Origin: Chrysomallon squamiferum
Lineage: Eukaryota; Animalia; Mollusca
NCBI GenBank assembly: GCA_012295275.1
Contig: CM022679.1
Location: 7,626,001 to 7,690,000, forward strand
Length of the DNA stretch: 64,000 nucleotides
Reading direction: 5' to 3'
The notes below the pieces were generated by a model that made no database searches, was not told the origin of the DNA, and worked only from the letters and a program-made list of their open reading frames with translations. A program made the translations under genes and the position numbers. Numbering within the stretch: position 1 is the stretch's first letter; the number at the start of each line of letters is the position of its first letter. Positions 12,086-25,700 of this stretch are shown here, one piece after another.

Positions 12086-14797
12086 GTAATAATTATAACA
12101 ATAATAATCAAAGTTCTTACTATGAGAACTGGTCTACGTAGATACAGACTTGCAAATACAGATACTCGTAAAAAAAATACTAAATGGGAATATTTTACGT
12201 ATGAATCACAGGAATCGCAGTGACCCTAAATCAGTTAACTTTGTGTTATTTGGTATTTACCATTATAATCAAGTGCAACATGATTTTTGCTTCATTAACA
12301 TATGAAATGAGTTCATTATATTTTACTAACAGCAGTAAATAACAGTCAACTTCTGTAAGACCACGTGTTACCTCACTGCTCCTGCCCAGTATTTGTTATT
12401 TAATTTAGAAATTAGCGCATTTCAACCAAAGCCATCTGCTTTTATCGTAATCACGTGCAAATGACGTCTGAAGCGGCCCCAATTACCGTTAAGTACTGCC
12501 ATTTGCCGACATCTCCTCAACCTAATTTCATATGTCCACTCACTTGATTTTCAGATAACAGAAAAGTATTATCTAAGTCACTTTAGTGATTTTTTTTTTT
12601 TTTTTTTTTTTTTTTAACTTAATGGCCAAAAACAGGCATTAACGAAACATCAAACAAATATATATATATATATCAGGTGACCTTGTGTTAAGTTCAGATT
12701 TAAGAAAGTTGACAAAAGAAAATAAATTCAGCTAAATGGAACCAGCAAATAATTAATACTTCGAATAACCCACTCTGTTGCTATCACCAGTGCCTGGTTA
12801 TAACTTTATTTTAATGCACTGGTATTAATTCAGATTTATAACCTTTTACCGTTACGGCGGAGCAGACACATTTTGAATGTCATGGCTTTAAACTAAGAGC
12901 CAAATGGCATGTTATATCTGCGACTCGGTGACACTAAATAGTTTTACCCACGAAACGTCCATCTTAGATTTAAATTATAACATCCACGTGACCACGATTC
13001 CTGTATTATCTCGTCAAACAGAGCTTTAAATAGAGCATTTGCTTTTTTGACGTTTTTTAATATTATATGTTGTTGTCGTTTTTTACTATTGTCTTAGTTG
13101 TTGCTGTTGTTGTTGTTGTTGTTTTTATTGTGACTACTACTATTATTGTTGTTATTGTTATTGTTATTATTATAACTACTAGTGCTACTATTATTATTGT
13201 TGTTGTGGTTGTTATTATTTGTTAATTTGTTTTAGTTTCACCTTTAAGGCAAGTAATGCGTGCGTGCATGTTTATCGTGAGTGTGTGTGTTTATCCATTA
13301 AAATACTGGCATTCCCAGCACTCATTAATAAGCGTTATTTCTACTCGATCACCCCAGGACTATTTCAATGGCTGTCTACTTCTTTCCGGCGTTCGTCAGA
13401 TGTCCAATGCATGTTTACGGCAATATCCGGACAACAAGGTCAACTGCTGATGATGGTTCAGCCAAAAGCAAACAAGCACTGAACTTCTCGAAGACTTTCA
13501 TGGCGATAATCGCCATGGGTGACATTAATTTCGCTTTCCTGCATTACAGGCCTGTTTGAGTCGGGGACAAAGCAAAGTGATCGCTAGATGCTTCGGTAAA
13601 TATTTACATAAAAGCAATATCGGACCCTACAAAACAAACAGAAAGATGCTCAATCTTTAGACTGCGTTTACTTACGCAATGAGCAAATGTTTGTGATACT
13701 GCGTTATAAATGCATGTCAAAATGTTTTGAGTGATCCGTTTGATAAAATTTAGCTAAAAAACAAAAAACAAAACAAAAAACGAAGAAGAAGAAGAAGAAG
13801 GAAAGTAAAAAAAAGAAAGAAAAAGTATTAAATCTCTGAATTATTATAACGTAATTTTAAAAACTGTTATTTTTATTTTCAACCCTTACTAAGTTTAACC
13901 TTTGTTTCCTTCTCTTTATTTCCTCTTTCTATCTTTTTCTTCTTTTCTTGCATCTTCACATTTTTATTGATATACGCGAATAGACACATCGAAACACATA
14001 CACGCGCGCACACATGGACATGCATACTCTTTCACTATTTTACGTGGGAAACAAAACAGTGAATAACACTTCAGAAAAACCAATACTATTCTTCTTTTAA
14101 TAAGTTCATAAAACTAAACATAATACACTCTAATTGCCACCAAAAGTATTTGCCGCATATGTGCAGCTCTTCTTTGGATTCCCTCCACAGTAATATTTCG
14201 TTAATAGCAATGATTACAGCTGGTGGGTTTCTGCCGATAGCATATGACAGATAACATATCAGAGCGTCAGTCAACAATTTTCAATCGTGTTTACATCCCG
14301 TGAAGATTCAAGCAATTCTGTCTTGGCTACATAATCCAGAGCTTCTTTGGTCTACCAGTGATAGTTAACATTAGTTTGTTAGAATGTTAGAGAGAACAGC
14401 AAGCATAACAGTCTTTATATTTTGGCTCTCTATAGTAGACGGGCGGCGATCTAGATTGTTTCTGATTTCAAAGCCGAGAGCCTAACGATTACATTATCGA
14501 GAATGGCATTTACATAAATAATAAATACGCCTTGTATGTATGATAGAATGGATGGGCGGTTGTATGTGAGTAGAATTATATTATAAATATATTGGCCAAC
14601 TTCAGATCTCATGTGAACTATAATCGTAAAAAAAGAGGGTTAAGAAAGTTTGTGAAATGTAGAATATTAAATAAATCGCTTGCAAACAAAAGTTCAGTTT
14701 TTCTCATGCACACATAAGCTAAACGTTTCTGGAAAATGTATACATTTTCTAAGTTTGTTGAGCCTGTTGATGTTTCTTTGATTCTTCTCGTTGTTGC

Positions 14798-14861
<64 letters not shown>

Positions 14862-14997
14862 TTGTTGTTGTTGTTGTTTTTATTTTTGTTTTTAATATTA
14901 CAGTTGTTTATATTTATTTTTTATTAATTTTATTAATTTAGTTAATTAATTATTTAATTAAATTATTTATTTATTAATTATTATTATTATTAGATTA

Positions 14998-15385
14998 GGC
15001 AAAGCAATAGGATTATGAACAGAGAATCCTCATTCATGAGATTGAGGGGGTGGGTGGGGGTGGCCCTGAAAAGGGCCGTTTTTCCACATCCCGGATAAAA
15101 ATCAACGGGGTAGTGGATGTTCAATTGTTTTATAAAAAGAACCCTCAGGCTGACGTCATTCTGTTTTTGTCGTCCTTATATAGACACAAGTACGACGTAA
15201 AAGAAGTCACCTTGACGTTAACAATGGCGTCGCAAGGAGTTGTGTTTGTTTCGCTGTAAACTTTTAGCGTTAAAGTCTTCAGAAACAACATCATTCTCAG
15301 ATATATGTATATACATATTTTTGATGAAGTTCCCATACTTATGTCAAAATTTGAGCTCTTTTTATGATCGTAATAACGTCAAAAC
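14998..15385 (-). repeat. Histone-stem-loop-bearing local repeat, copy 4 (inverted)
   Basis: Reverse complement of copies 1/3; stem-loop at 15062-15077. The adjoining AT/AAC tail is also inverted (~14800-14997). Confidence 0.95.
15057..15081 (-). terminator. Histone 3'-UTR-type stem-loop motif
   Basis: Reverse complement reads AAAC-GGCCCT-TTTC-AGGGCC-ACCC. Confidence 0.75.
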
Positions 15386-16466
15386 TTGTTGTTGTTGTTG
15401 TTATTGATTTTGGTGTTATTATTGTTGTTATTTTTGATGATGTTGTTGTTTTTGATTTTCTTCTTCGTTTCATTTTGCAACTGATACTGTCAAGAGAATA
15501 TCTGCAGCTCTGTTAGGAATGTAGCAAATGCATCTCGACTGACGTGGTTCATAAAATATACGATACGAATTTGTGTTATAAGCGGCATCTGTTTTACCGA
15601 GAATAAATTGACCATGACGCCATCTTTGGTAAATTATGACTACAAAGAATATCTGTCAGAGACGAAGTTGTGCGAAGAAAAAAAAATATATATATCCGTG
15701 CGTGTTTTAGAGTCAGCCAATTGAACTGGTACTAGATTAACGTTGTTATTAGTGATTTTGACGCGTAACAAATATGTCATGCAGTAATTGGAAGGGAACC
15801 GCCTGTCAGATTCTCGTCTTGTAAGTGTTAATTCTTAGCAATATGCAGGAAGTAACGTGTAAAAATTAATTTTTTCGAAATTAATAAATTAATGACAGAC
15901 ATTCTCATTTGGTTTCGAAGTGCATTATAATTATCAGCAGAATAAATGTCAGTAAATGTAACTCGGGTTGAGGTTCTTCCTGTTATTATTACCTTTTCTC
16001 CTCAACATCTTTCCGCTCATTTTCTTCTCATTCTTATTCTTTTATTCGTTAATATGTCTTCCTTTTCTTCATTTCTGAGCAGTAGATTTTTTTTTTCCCC
16101 ATACTTTTGGAGGATTGTATTACTGCTGTCAGCAATGGAAATACTGGTTAATGAAAACTGTCTTTTTTTTTTTACTGTTCAACATTTAGTTTTTCTTCCA
16201 TTGGGAGATTATTTTAATGTAGCAGCACACATCTCAGAAATAAGTTCAGAGGAACGAAATTATCATGTGAGACTGACTGAAAATTGTTCATCCATGTTTT
16301 GTTTTGTTTTTGTTGTTTCTTTATTAAGGAAAGACAAAGAATTCGTGTGAGTGTTTATATAATTTAACACAGTATAACAAATAATGAAGCAAATCTTTTT
16401 ATATATGTAAATATACTCGTTACAGTTTAAAAAAAAAAAAAAAAACTATCAAAGATGATGAATCCA

Positions 16467-16517
<51 letters not shown>

Positions 16518-19430
16518 CAACAACGATAACAATAGCAATAATAATAAAATAATAATTGAATGTCGTATAAAACTGATGAGCAAACTGTCAGTGCTCCAAC
16601 ACTCATTCTAATTATTATTAGTGACGACTGTTGTCAACTTGATTAAGATACCTGAATTTCTTTATAATAGAGTCATCTATATTTTTCATGGTAATTTCAT
16701 CTAAATTGTCAAAAACCAACATTTTGTGTCATTTAACAAACTTTGTATGTATGTTTTGGGGGGGCTAAGCTTCTGCGTGTTTTGACATATAAACAACTAA
16801 AGGAATATTAAAGTAAATAGTATCTTTAACTAGGGATGAATCTATTACAAAACTCAAGAAACTTAAGTTTCAGGTCTCTAAACCTACAAGCAGCTTTAGT
16901 CTAATTTTAATAAAAATCTAACATGTTGCTAATTTTTAAAAATCTGTTACAGAACAAACCATACAAGAACATAACAGTGGTTACCCAGACCTCTTTGTTG
17001 GTTGATAAGCATCCCCTAACAGTTCAAGTTTTTGGGCCCACCCCAAAAAATGTTACCGCTACTGTCTTTAATATAGTGTTATGCACATATGCCAGTGTTT
17101 CTGAACTATTTGTATACATTAATAGCTGTTTTGAAAACCATTATTATTATTATTATTATTTTGTTATTTCAAATAAACTGTTTTGTTTGTATTACCTCTA
17201 CTAATAAATGGACGTTTTGAAGCAGCACTGTTTTTTATTGTTGTTATTTTTTTATTTTTTTTATTTTTATTGTTGTTTTTGTTTTGTTTAGTTTTTTGTT
17301 GTTGTTTTATTTTTTTGTTAAAACAGAACTCAACATTACGCTAAATTACTGGCTTTAATCCATGCATTATGAGTTCTTAATATTCATTCAAAATAACAGA
17401 TTAAGACTTCTTAGATGTAATAAATCATTATATTTATATGATTTTTATTATCTGCTCGTCTCACGGTTAATTGCACTAGAAAGGACTCTGGTTAATTATC
17501 ACGAAAATGAAGTACCTAAGTTTTATATTAAAACATACTCCGTCAACATGTTTACCGCAAGAGCGTTCAGTGATGGATTATTCTGCATAATGTGGTCTTC
17601 ATCTTCTTTCTTCTTTTCTTTTTTCTTTTAAATCTGAGTTCAGTTTTGTAAAACTAATGCATTTACTTAAATTAATCGTATTTGCGGTGGAATGGTTTAT
17701 TTGATATATTTATGGCAATCTGGTTTCTTTTTTTTTGTCGATGTTGTTTTCGTTGTGTTTATCAATATTTGAGAAATGTAACAGTATATCTTTGTTATAA
17801 ATTCCATTATCCTATTTTCACAAGACTAATGTTACATTTTTTTCAAAAAGTGTAAGAATATCGGTAGTTACTGTACATGCGTGTCATTCAATACTTAATG
17901 CATTTTATGTATACTTTGTGATAAAAGACATATCGTATTTTTGTCAGAATATTCTGTTTATTGAGATATTTCAGTAATTAATTCTGGACAAGAAGTCTTA
18001 GATTTCTTTAACATAAAATACTGGCACTGGATAAAATTCATGGTGCTTAACGTTTTTATTAATGCAGCCAGTAGCCATATCATTCAGTGAAATTTAATTG
18101 ACCATTACAAAATGCAAAAATAAATAAATAAATAAATAAATAATAAAAAATAAATGATGTTTCCCAGAAAGAATAGTTAACATTCCAGATTAATTTAAAA
18201 ACAAATATAAATAAATAAAATTACAGATATGAAATATGCATGATATTAAAGATGTATCACTCATGCTTATCACATAATAATAGTATTTTTTTAAAGTAAT
18301 ATATATAATTTTTTTTTTTTATTTGTTTTATTTATTTTTTTATAAAAAAAAAAAATTTTGTCATTTTGGTTTGTTCTTGAGGGTGGGGTGTTTGTTTCTT
18401 GCTTCGTTGTTGATTTTTCGGCAAAGCATAAATTATCCATCCATCTTCTTTAACATCACAATCATGACACCAACATGTCGACATCGCATATCTCTTACAA
18501 CCAATAATTTAACAAAGTGTACAGTGTGACAACTACTGTTCCAAACAGTAACGACTTCTAACAGAGCGGAGGACAGATGCTCAATCAAATTACAATGTAT
18601 GTTTGTTCAGAGTAAAACCACCACAAAGCTTTACTCAGATCGAGATGTGAATCCGAAGTAAGTTAAATAAAGGTGACTGGTGATGTATCACTTGTAATTA
18701 AATTGCTCTATGTAGGTTACCCAGCCCCAGTGGGGGGGACACTAGTTTGAATTTTTTCTTGGTGACAGTAGATTGTTACAATCTTCTAACCCAGCATTAC
18801 TAGGGGAGTGTTAGATAACTATATGAAGTCTTATCTCTGTAACTAATCTGCTAACATACTAACCAAATACACACGGTAAAACAAGCATTACATGCACTGG
18901 GGCCCCTACCTACACACAACCATTTAATATTAATCATATATTTACTTACTGGTAATTTAAACAAAATTAGTTTTTAAACATTAGCAAATATCTTTAGTTT
19001 AGCATATTTATCTATTTATTGACCGTATATCACAACATACACAGATTAGCATGGGTCCTGTATGTTCTTAGGCCCCCAGGCAATTGCCTAGCGTGTCCAT
19101 GCATTAAGATTTAATTAACACTTTTAGCTGGGCTGTCGATTTCTGACAGGAATACCTTTCTCACAATCCAGCCAGTATCCCATAACTAATTCATATATGA
19201 GATAGTGCTGCTAATCCGTGTAGCAACTCAAATTATCTGCCAGCGCATTACATTTTCATCCTATCTCTAAACTCAAGAATTATAAAATCTTTTTTTTTTT
19301 TTTTTTTTTAAAAGTTACTTTGCACTACCAAACCAGTTTAATTTGTTCAATGGATATTAAATTTAAAGAAGAACAATTCAACAAAAAACAAAAATAATAA
19401 TAAAAATACAAATTATCATTTGGTATTTCA

Positions 19431-19436
19431 TTTATT
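19431..19436 (-). terminator. Candidate poly(A) signal for a ~3-kb TMEM94 3'UTR
   Basis: AATAAA on the minus strand followed by a T/GT-rich tract, near where CpG depletion fades. Many other AATAAA hexamers exist. Confidence 0.25.
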
Positions 19437-22400
19437 TTTTTAGACACGTCACTGTATAAAAAGTTATTACAGACAATTATACTTCTTACAACAGTATATG
19501 AGATAAATCATTAACAAAGTCTGAACTGTTCTGGCTTGAACAGAAAAAAAAAGAAATATCAAAATAATATACTTAGTAGGTGTGCATTCATTAATACAAA
19601 TGTTAGTTAAAAGAATATAAATTTATGTCTCTTAACTTAAAATGTAGCTTTGATGATACAAACAAAATAGTCAAAACAGATTCTGAATACTTCCAAGTTT
19701 TTTGTTCTGTTTTTACTTATCAGTCCAGTCTTAATAAATATCCAAATATAACAAACAAGAGGATAGTTTGAAAATATCTGAGAACCCCCACATTTTTGTT
19801 TTGACGTCATTCCATGCAGGGTGGTCCGATTTGTTCTAAAAAGATTTCTATCAGTATCATCTGATTTGTTATGATTTTATAATCATATTGTTATCATTGA
19901 TGACAAATCACCCAAAACAGAAAATAATAATTTGGAAGGATAAAGAATTTTTGCAGACTATTCATTCATACAGTCAATGTACACTTTAATAATGCACTGG
20001 ATACTAAAAGCAAAAAATGGTATTACAATAGATAAAATTACGATCTTTAATAAACTGAAGATCACAATAAAAAAAATAAAAAATACCCTGTGATTCATAT
20101 CATGATAACCTTTTTAAAGAAATACAGCAAAACTGGGACACAAGTTCCTTTTAACATCACTGTAGAACTGAAAAAGTAATTTTTGTGCAAATGGGAAGGC
20201 CTGCATTCATTTTGGATATGATGGAAGTTTCTTTGTCAGTGACAATAACCTCTCAAATTAAAATGATCCATTATAATTTAATAATAATATTTTAATCTAA
20301 CTTTATGCATTCATCTTTTGTGAATCATCTTCCTCCTTAAAAACCATTAGTAAAAAAACAGAACAGGAGAAATGCAATGATGGATGGATGGATGGATGAA
20401 TGGAAAGAAGGACTGAAATGTGGACAACCATTTTGATGGAAAGGAATTTTAACAACAGTAAAATAATATTGATATATATGATGGATTTCAATAATGTTTA
20501 AAAATGGATGAATGAATACTTAAGGACACCAAAGCACTAATGGTAATGACATATTGAATGTTTTTTATATATTGATTATTCCAGCATTGAAATCCGTTGT
20601 GGTTATGTCAAAGGCTACTTCTCAGTAGCAAGAGACGTTTTAATTTAATTAGAAAATAATTATATTCTCTGACATTCATACAAAGTATAATCAATAAAGC
20701 ATACAAGGAAACATGATACACTGACTGAGTTCATATTTCTGTTTGTGCAGATGCAAAATGTAATGACATGAAATCACCACTGTCCTGTTTGTTTAAGTAA
20801 AATTTTAAATAAAATGTTAAGTGTCTCAAAATTATCTCGAATGACTTTCAGGTGTATACCATACCTTACACAGAGGGATAGTGTTAATGATAAAATAAAT
20901 ATATAAAATGTGTACAAGGAAAGTAGGTTAAAAAAAAATGACTCTATGTCTTGTAATTTTTCTTTTATATTCTTTTTTTTTTTTAAATTATTTTTTTAAT
21001 TTTATTATTAATATTATCATTATTTATTTATTTATTTTTGTTTAAATAAATAAATAAATAATAATAAAAATCTTTTAACATTTATGTCTCAAGTTTGTTA
21101 GAGTTGCTTCCCTTCCCTATGCTATACTTGTTTCCTTTGTGATTTTCACATAACCATATTAAATTAGCTAGTGTCACTGGACTTTACACTATACAAAATT
21201 ACTGAGCCTTTTAGGCTATTCTAATCTTTACCAGAATTCTACACAGGAATTCTATTTCACTAACACAACCAGTTCATTGATGAATTTATCACTGAAATAC
21301 AAGGCAATATGATGTAACACAGTGTTGTATATGTTATGTATAAAATACAATACAGTTTGTACAATATTACATATAATACAAGTCATCTATAGACAGTATA
21401 TTATTACAAACACTAACAAACATTGTAAAATACTGAATCATTACAGTTTGTAATTACTGTGAATTATTTTGATGTTTATTTAATTTTTAAACAGCATGAT
21501 TTTCAATTTCCTGTAATAATAACAATAATAATAATAATAATGATAATAGTTATTAAAATAAAAAAATTAAAAGGGATAAATACAATTTTAAGTATATAAA
21601 TTTAAGAACTGTTCAGAGATCATTTAAATATAAATTGTTTTTCTGTATTTTTCCATCAACAAAAATGAATATTTTATATGAACTATCCTACATACAATAA
21701 ATAACAATGATTTTTCATTAACTATGACAGTACTAATTCTCTGACAATATTCAAATGAAATTATTGATGTTTTTGCTTAACCTTTTCTCTCTCATTTTTA
21801 TTTATTCTTTTCTTTTAATCTGTAAACAAGTGGGTTTGATTTTAATTTAAAAGGAATACATTTTACTCCATACAACACAATGTGACCTTTCTAGTTTATT
21901 TTTCTTCAAAAAATAACACTGCAATATAACTTTTTGAACACTTCTCATAGCAACCGTTTATATAATTTCATAAAAAGCTATTATTATTAAATATATATAT
22001 ATCAAGATATCTATAAATGTGATATGTTTTTTGTAGCATCAAAATTAACTTCCATCATGATTATTTATTTTATAAATTAATTCTGAATCTTCTCAATTGA
22101 TTATTTTTTGAACAACTGAAAAACACAATAATTACAAACATTATTTATATTTGTTAATGCATTTTCTTCATTATTTAAAATAATTCTTAAAAAACACTAA
22201 AATAATTTCCCAAAATACCTATGATTCAAAGCTCATAGTAATTTTTTTATCTACAAATTTTTTTTAAATATTGATTTTGGAGGTTTTAGGACTTTTTGGT
22301 TTTCTGTTACACCAGTTTTTGTTTTGCTAATCATTAAAACATTCTTTGTTTTTCTTCTGTGAATTTTTATATCTTTTTACATTCTCTTCAACGTCTTTCC

Positions 22401-22497
22401 AGTTTGCTAGATGTGTCTTAGATAACACCAAAATGAGCTTAGAATTCAGATAACCAGCTGTTGCAGACTTTTTTCACCTCACAGAAAAAAAGATGCA

Positions 22498-22570
22498 TTA
22501 CCAAGGGGAGTTCATTCCCAGTTTAGTACCAAAGTCAAGTCTGGCTCTCTTTTGTCTTCTCACAGACAAT
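22498..22570 (-). CDS. TMEM94: TMEM94 exon 29 (last coding exon)
   Basis: tag|LSVRRQKRARLDFGTKLGMNSPW-TAA. Confidence 0.96.
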
Positions 22571-22754
22571 CTAAAAATAAATGTTAAAATAAAAATAAAT
22601 GCATAAATCAGAAAACCAAAAATAACACAAATGAATTAAGACTTCCACTGAAACACTAAACCATAAATTATTATAAAAATAAATAAATATAAATAAATAA
22701 ATAAATAATAAAAACAACTGGTATATAAGAAATGTATTAGTTTTTATCAGAAAG

Positions 22755-22787
<33 letters not shown>

Positions 22788-25700
22788 CTGATTTAAATTT
22801 CACATCAGATACAGAAACCAAAAAGAATGATAATTATATTTTACAAACAAAATTTTTATCTCATGTAAAAGATTAAAAAGTTAAGATATTTCAGTACAAA
22901 GGTTTGGTGAAAAAAAAAAAAAAATTACAATTTGTGTGCTTAGTGGAACTGATAAAAACATAATTCAATAATAAGTAGCTATAATTTAAATCATATTTAG
23001 AAACAAAAATATTTAACCAAAATTTCTTTCTTTAACAATCAATCAATCAATATGAACTTCATAAAAAAAAAAACCCAAAAATCGAACATTTTTTTAAAAA
23101 AGTAGTATTAATAACAACAAGTAAAAGATGATGAAATAGAAAGAAAGAAATATTTAATTTCCACTTACTTAATTTCTCTTCTTTTGACCAGTTCATTCAC
23201 TGTTACTATGACAATTGGCCAAACAAGACCAAGAACCCAGACAGCTGGGTGGACTTTGGAAAGAGGCAGAGACTGTTTCACATAATTATTCTGTACATAC
23301 GTATCACAGACAAAATATACAACCTGCACAACCAAGCTGAAACCAGAAAATAAACACATCAGTAATAAGTAACAAATTGGTTATCAATGCTAGAGTCACT
23401 AACAAATAACATTTTCAACACTGAACTGACTAGTATCAACACCTGTCATTAATAAATATCAGGTTATCAACACTTGTCATTAATAAATATCAAGTCAATT
23501 ATCAACACCTGTCATTAATAAACATCCAGTCAATTATCAACACTTGTCATTAATAAATATCAAGTTATCAACACTTGTCAGTAATAAATATCAGTTTTCA
23601 GCATTATACTGACTAGTCACTAATATCAAGTCACTCATCAACACCAGTATGTACCAAGTAAGTTGTCAATGCTAGTCTCTAGTTATTTATTAGGACCAGA
23701 CTTACTAACAGATATCTTATCAGTTATCAATGATAGAAAAATAACTAATCAGTTACTCTATCCTTCATTGATAAATATCTAGTGTGATAAAAAGATATCA
23801 ACATTAGCATAAATGAGAAAAAAATGGTTTATTACATCTTCAGTATAATGAAAAAAAATTTTCAGAAAACATCAAAACAAATCAGAAACATAAATTCACT
23901 GATGAATTACAAAATAAATAATAAAAAAAGTTACATTAAATAAATAAGTGATTTTTATCAATCCTATTGTCAAATCTAATATTACAACCTATTTAAATGT
24001 TCTCTGTAAATAATTAATTTATAATTTATTAAATTCATAATCTTAAATCTGATTTAATGGACAACTTCCTTGCAACTAATTTAAAGAAAATTTTCTTTTT
24101 ACATGTCATCTCACTCTATATGTAAAATGAAAAATCTCTAACAATCCTGGCTTTTTCGATGTGTACTACTTATACTCATATTAACAAGTGACTCATAATG
24201 GCAAGCTACTGTTTCCAGTCTATTGACTACTGTTGTATGATTAACACAGAACTCACAGTGTTGGTGTTATAACTGACCACAGTCTGTTGGTGAATGGAGG
24301 TTTCTTCCACAGGTGGTCAGACCAGTGTACGTAGCTCATCGAAATACAAGCTGTAAAAAAACAAAAAAACAAAAATTAAAATAAAATAAAATAACTCTGC
24401 AGTATTAATTCAGGTAAACAGTAATAATAATAATTTAATAAAATGATCTGTTAATAAAAATAGCAGTAGTGGTAGTAACAAGTTGTAGTTGTAGCAGTAG
24501 TAATTATAGTGGTAGTTGTAGTAGTATTAATAATATAATAGTAATATTAATAATAATGGAAATATAATAATAATAGTAATAAAAATGATAATAATAACAA
24601 TTATAATGACAATAACAATAATAATACAATACAAACATCCAAGTACAATAACTGCCAGGCCATCCTAAATTCAAGGGAAATAACTAACATAAAAACCTAA
24701 TCTGTGTATTACAAGTAACAAGTTTTTATTTCCTTATACTTACCATAATACAACACAAGTAAGAACAAAACTATGTTCTGAGCCAGGATTAAACCTCCAG
24801 AGTATTTTTCATACCAGGTTTTAAATGATCTGTTAATACTGACATTACTGGAATTTCTGTGAAATAAAGTAAAAAAAAATATTAAAATTTAAGACAAACA
24901 CAAACAAACAGATTCAAATGATTTAGAAGAAATGTTTTTAAAAATTTTGTTTTAACATATTTAAAAACAAGTGAAAAAATAGTATACAAAATTGATAAAA
25001 AACTTATTTATTGTTTATTTTCTACCAATTTTCTTTTATTTTATTTTCTTAATTACTTTTTTTTATTTTTTTTTTATTTAGATGGAAAATGAGACAAAGA
25101 GAAATAAAGGGGCAGAAATTGAAACAAAGAAAAAGAATTTAATAAAACTACAGAAACAAATTAAGAGAGAAAACGAGTGAAGAGAGAGAGAGACAAACAG
25201 AATCTCAAAAACAGATGGAGTAGAGACACACAAAGAGAAACAGAAAATGACTGACTGTAAGAATGTAAGTAACACCTGTTTTATAAACAGTACCTGAATT
25301 TGTACACATCACACACATGTTGCTCTGCCTCCCAGCAGAATGAGTGCAGAGTGAGACCAAAGCAGAGGAGAGGTATGATCACAGACGGCAAGTAGCGCAA
25401 AGCAAACTGAACAGAAAACTGCAGTATCATCTGAAAATAACATCAGCAACATAATTTGTTTTAAAAAAAAAAAAAAAAAAAAAAAAATGAATAGAATGTT
25501 TATGAATAGAATGTTTGATGAATAATTTTCTTACAAAAAAAAAAACATAAAATAATTTTAATAAATTAATATAAACAACAACTGTAATAATAATTTTAAA
25601 ATAATAATAATAAATAATTAATTAGTAAATTAATATAAACAACAACTGTAATAATAAAAAACAGTAATAATAATAGTAACAACAATAATAATAATAATAA

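Noticed and set aside
5535-15385. Histone gene cluster
   Set aside because: Stem-loops are present, but I found no histone-like coding sequence upstream of any of them.
19050-19110. ggcccccaggcaattgcctagcgtgtccatgcattaag, reminiscent of a DNA-transposon/MITE terminus
   Set aside because: Only a recalled resemblance; no matching second terminus or target-site duplication found.
23433-23600. CRISPR-like array
   Set aside because: Units are head-to-tail with no unique spacers, inside a eukaryotic intron; it is a minisatellite.
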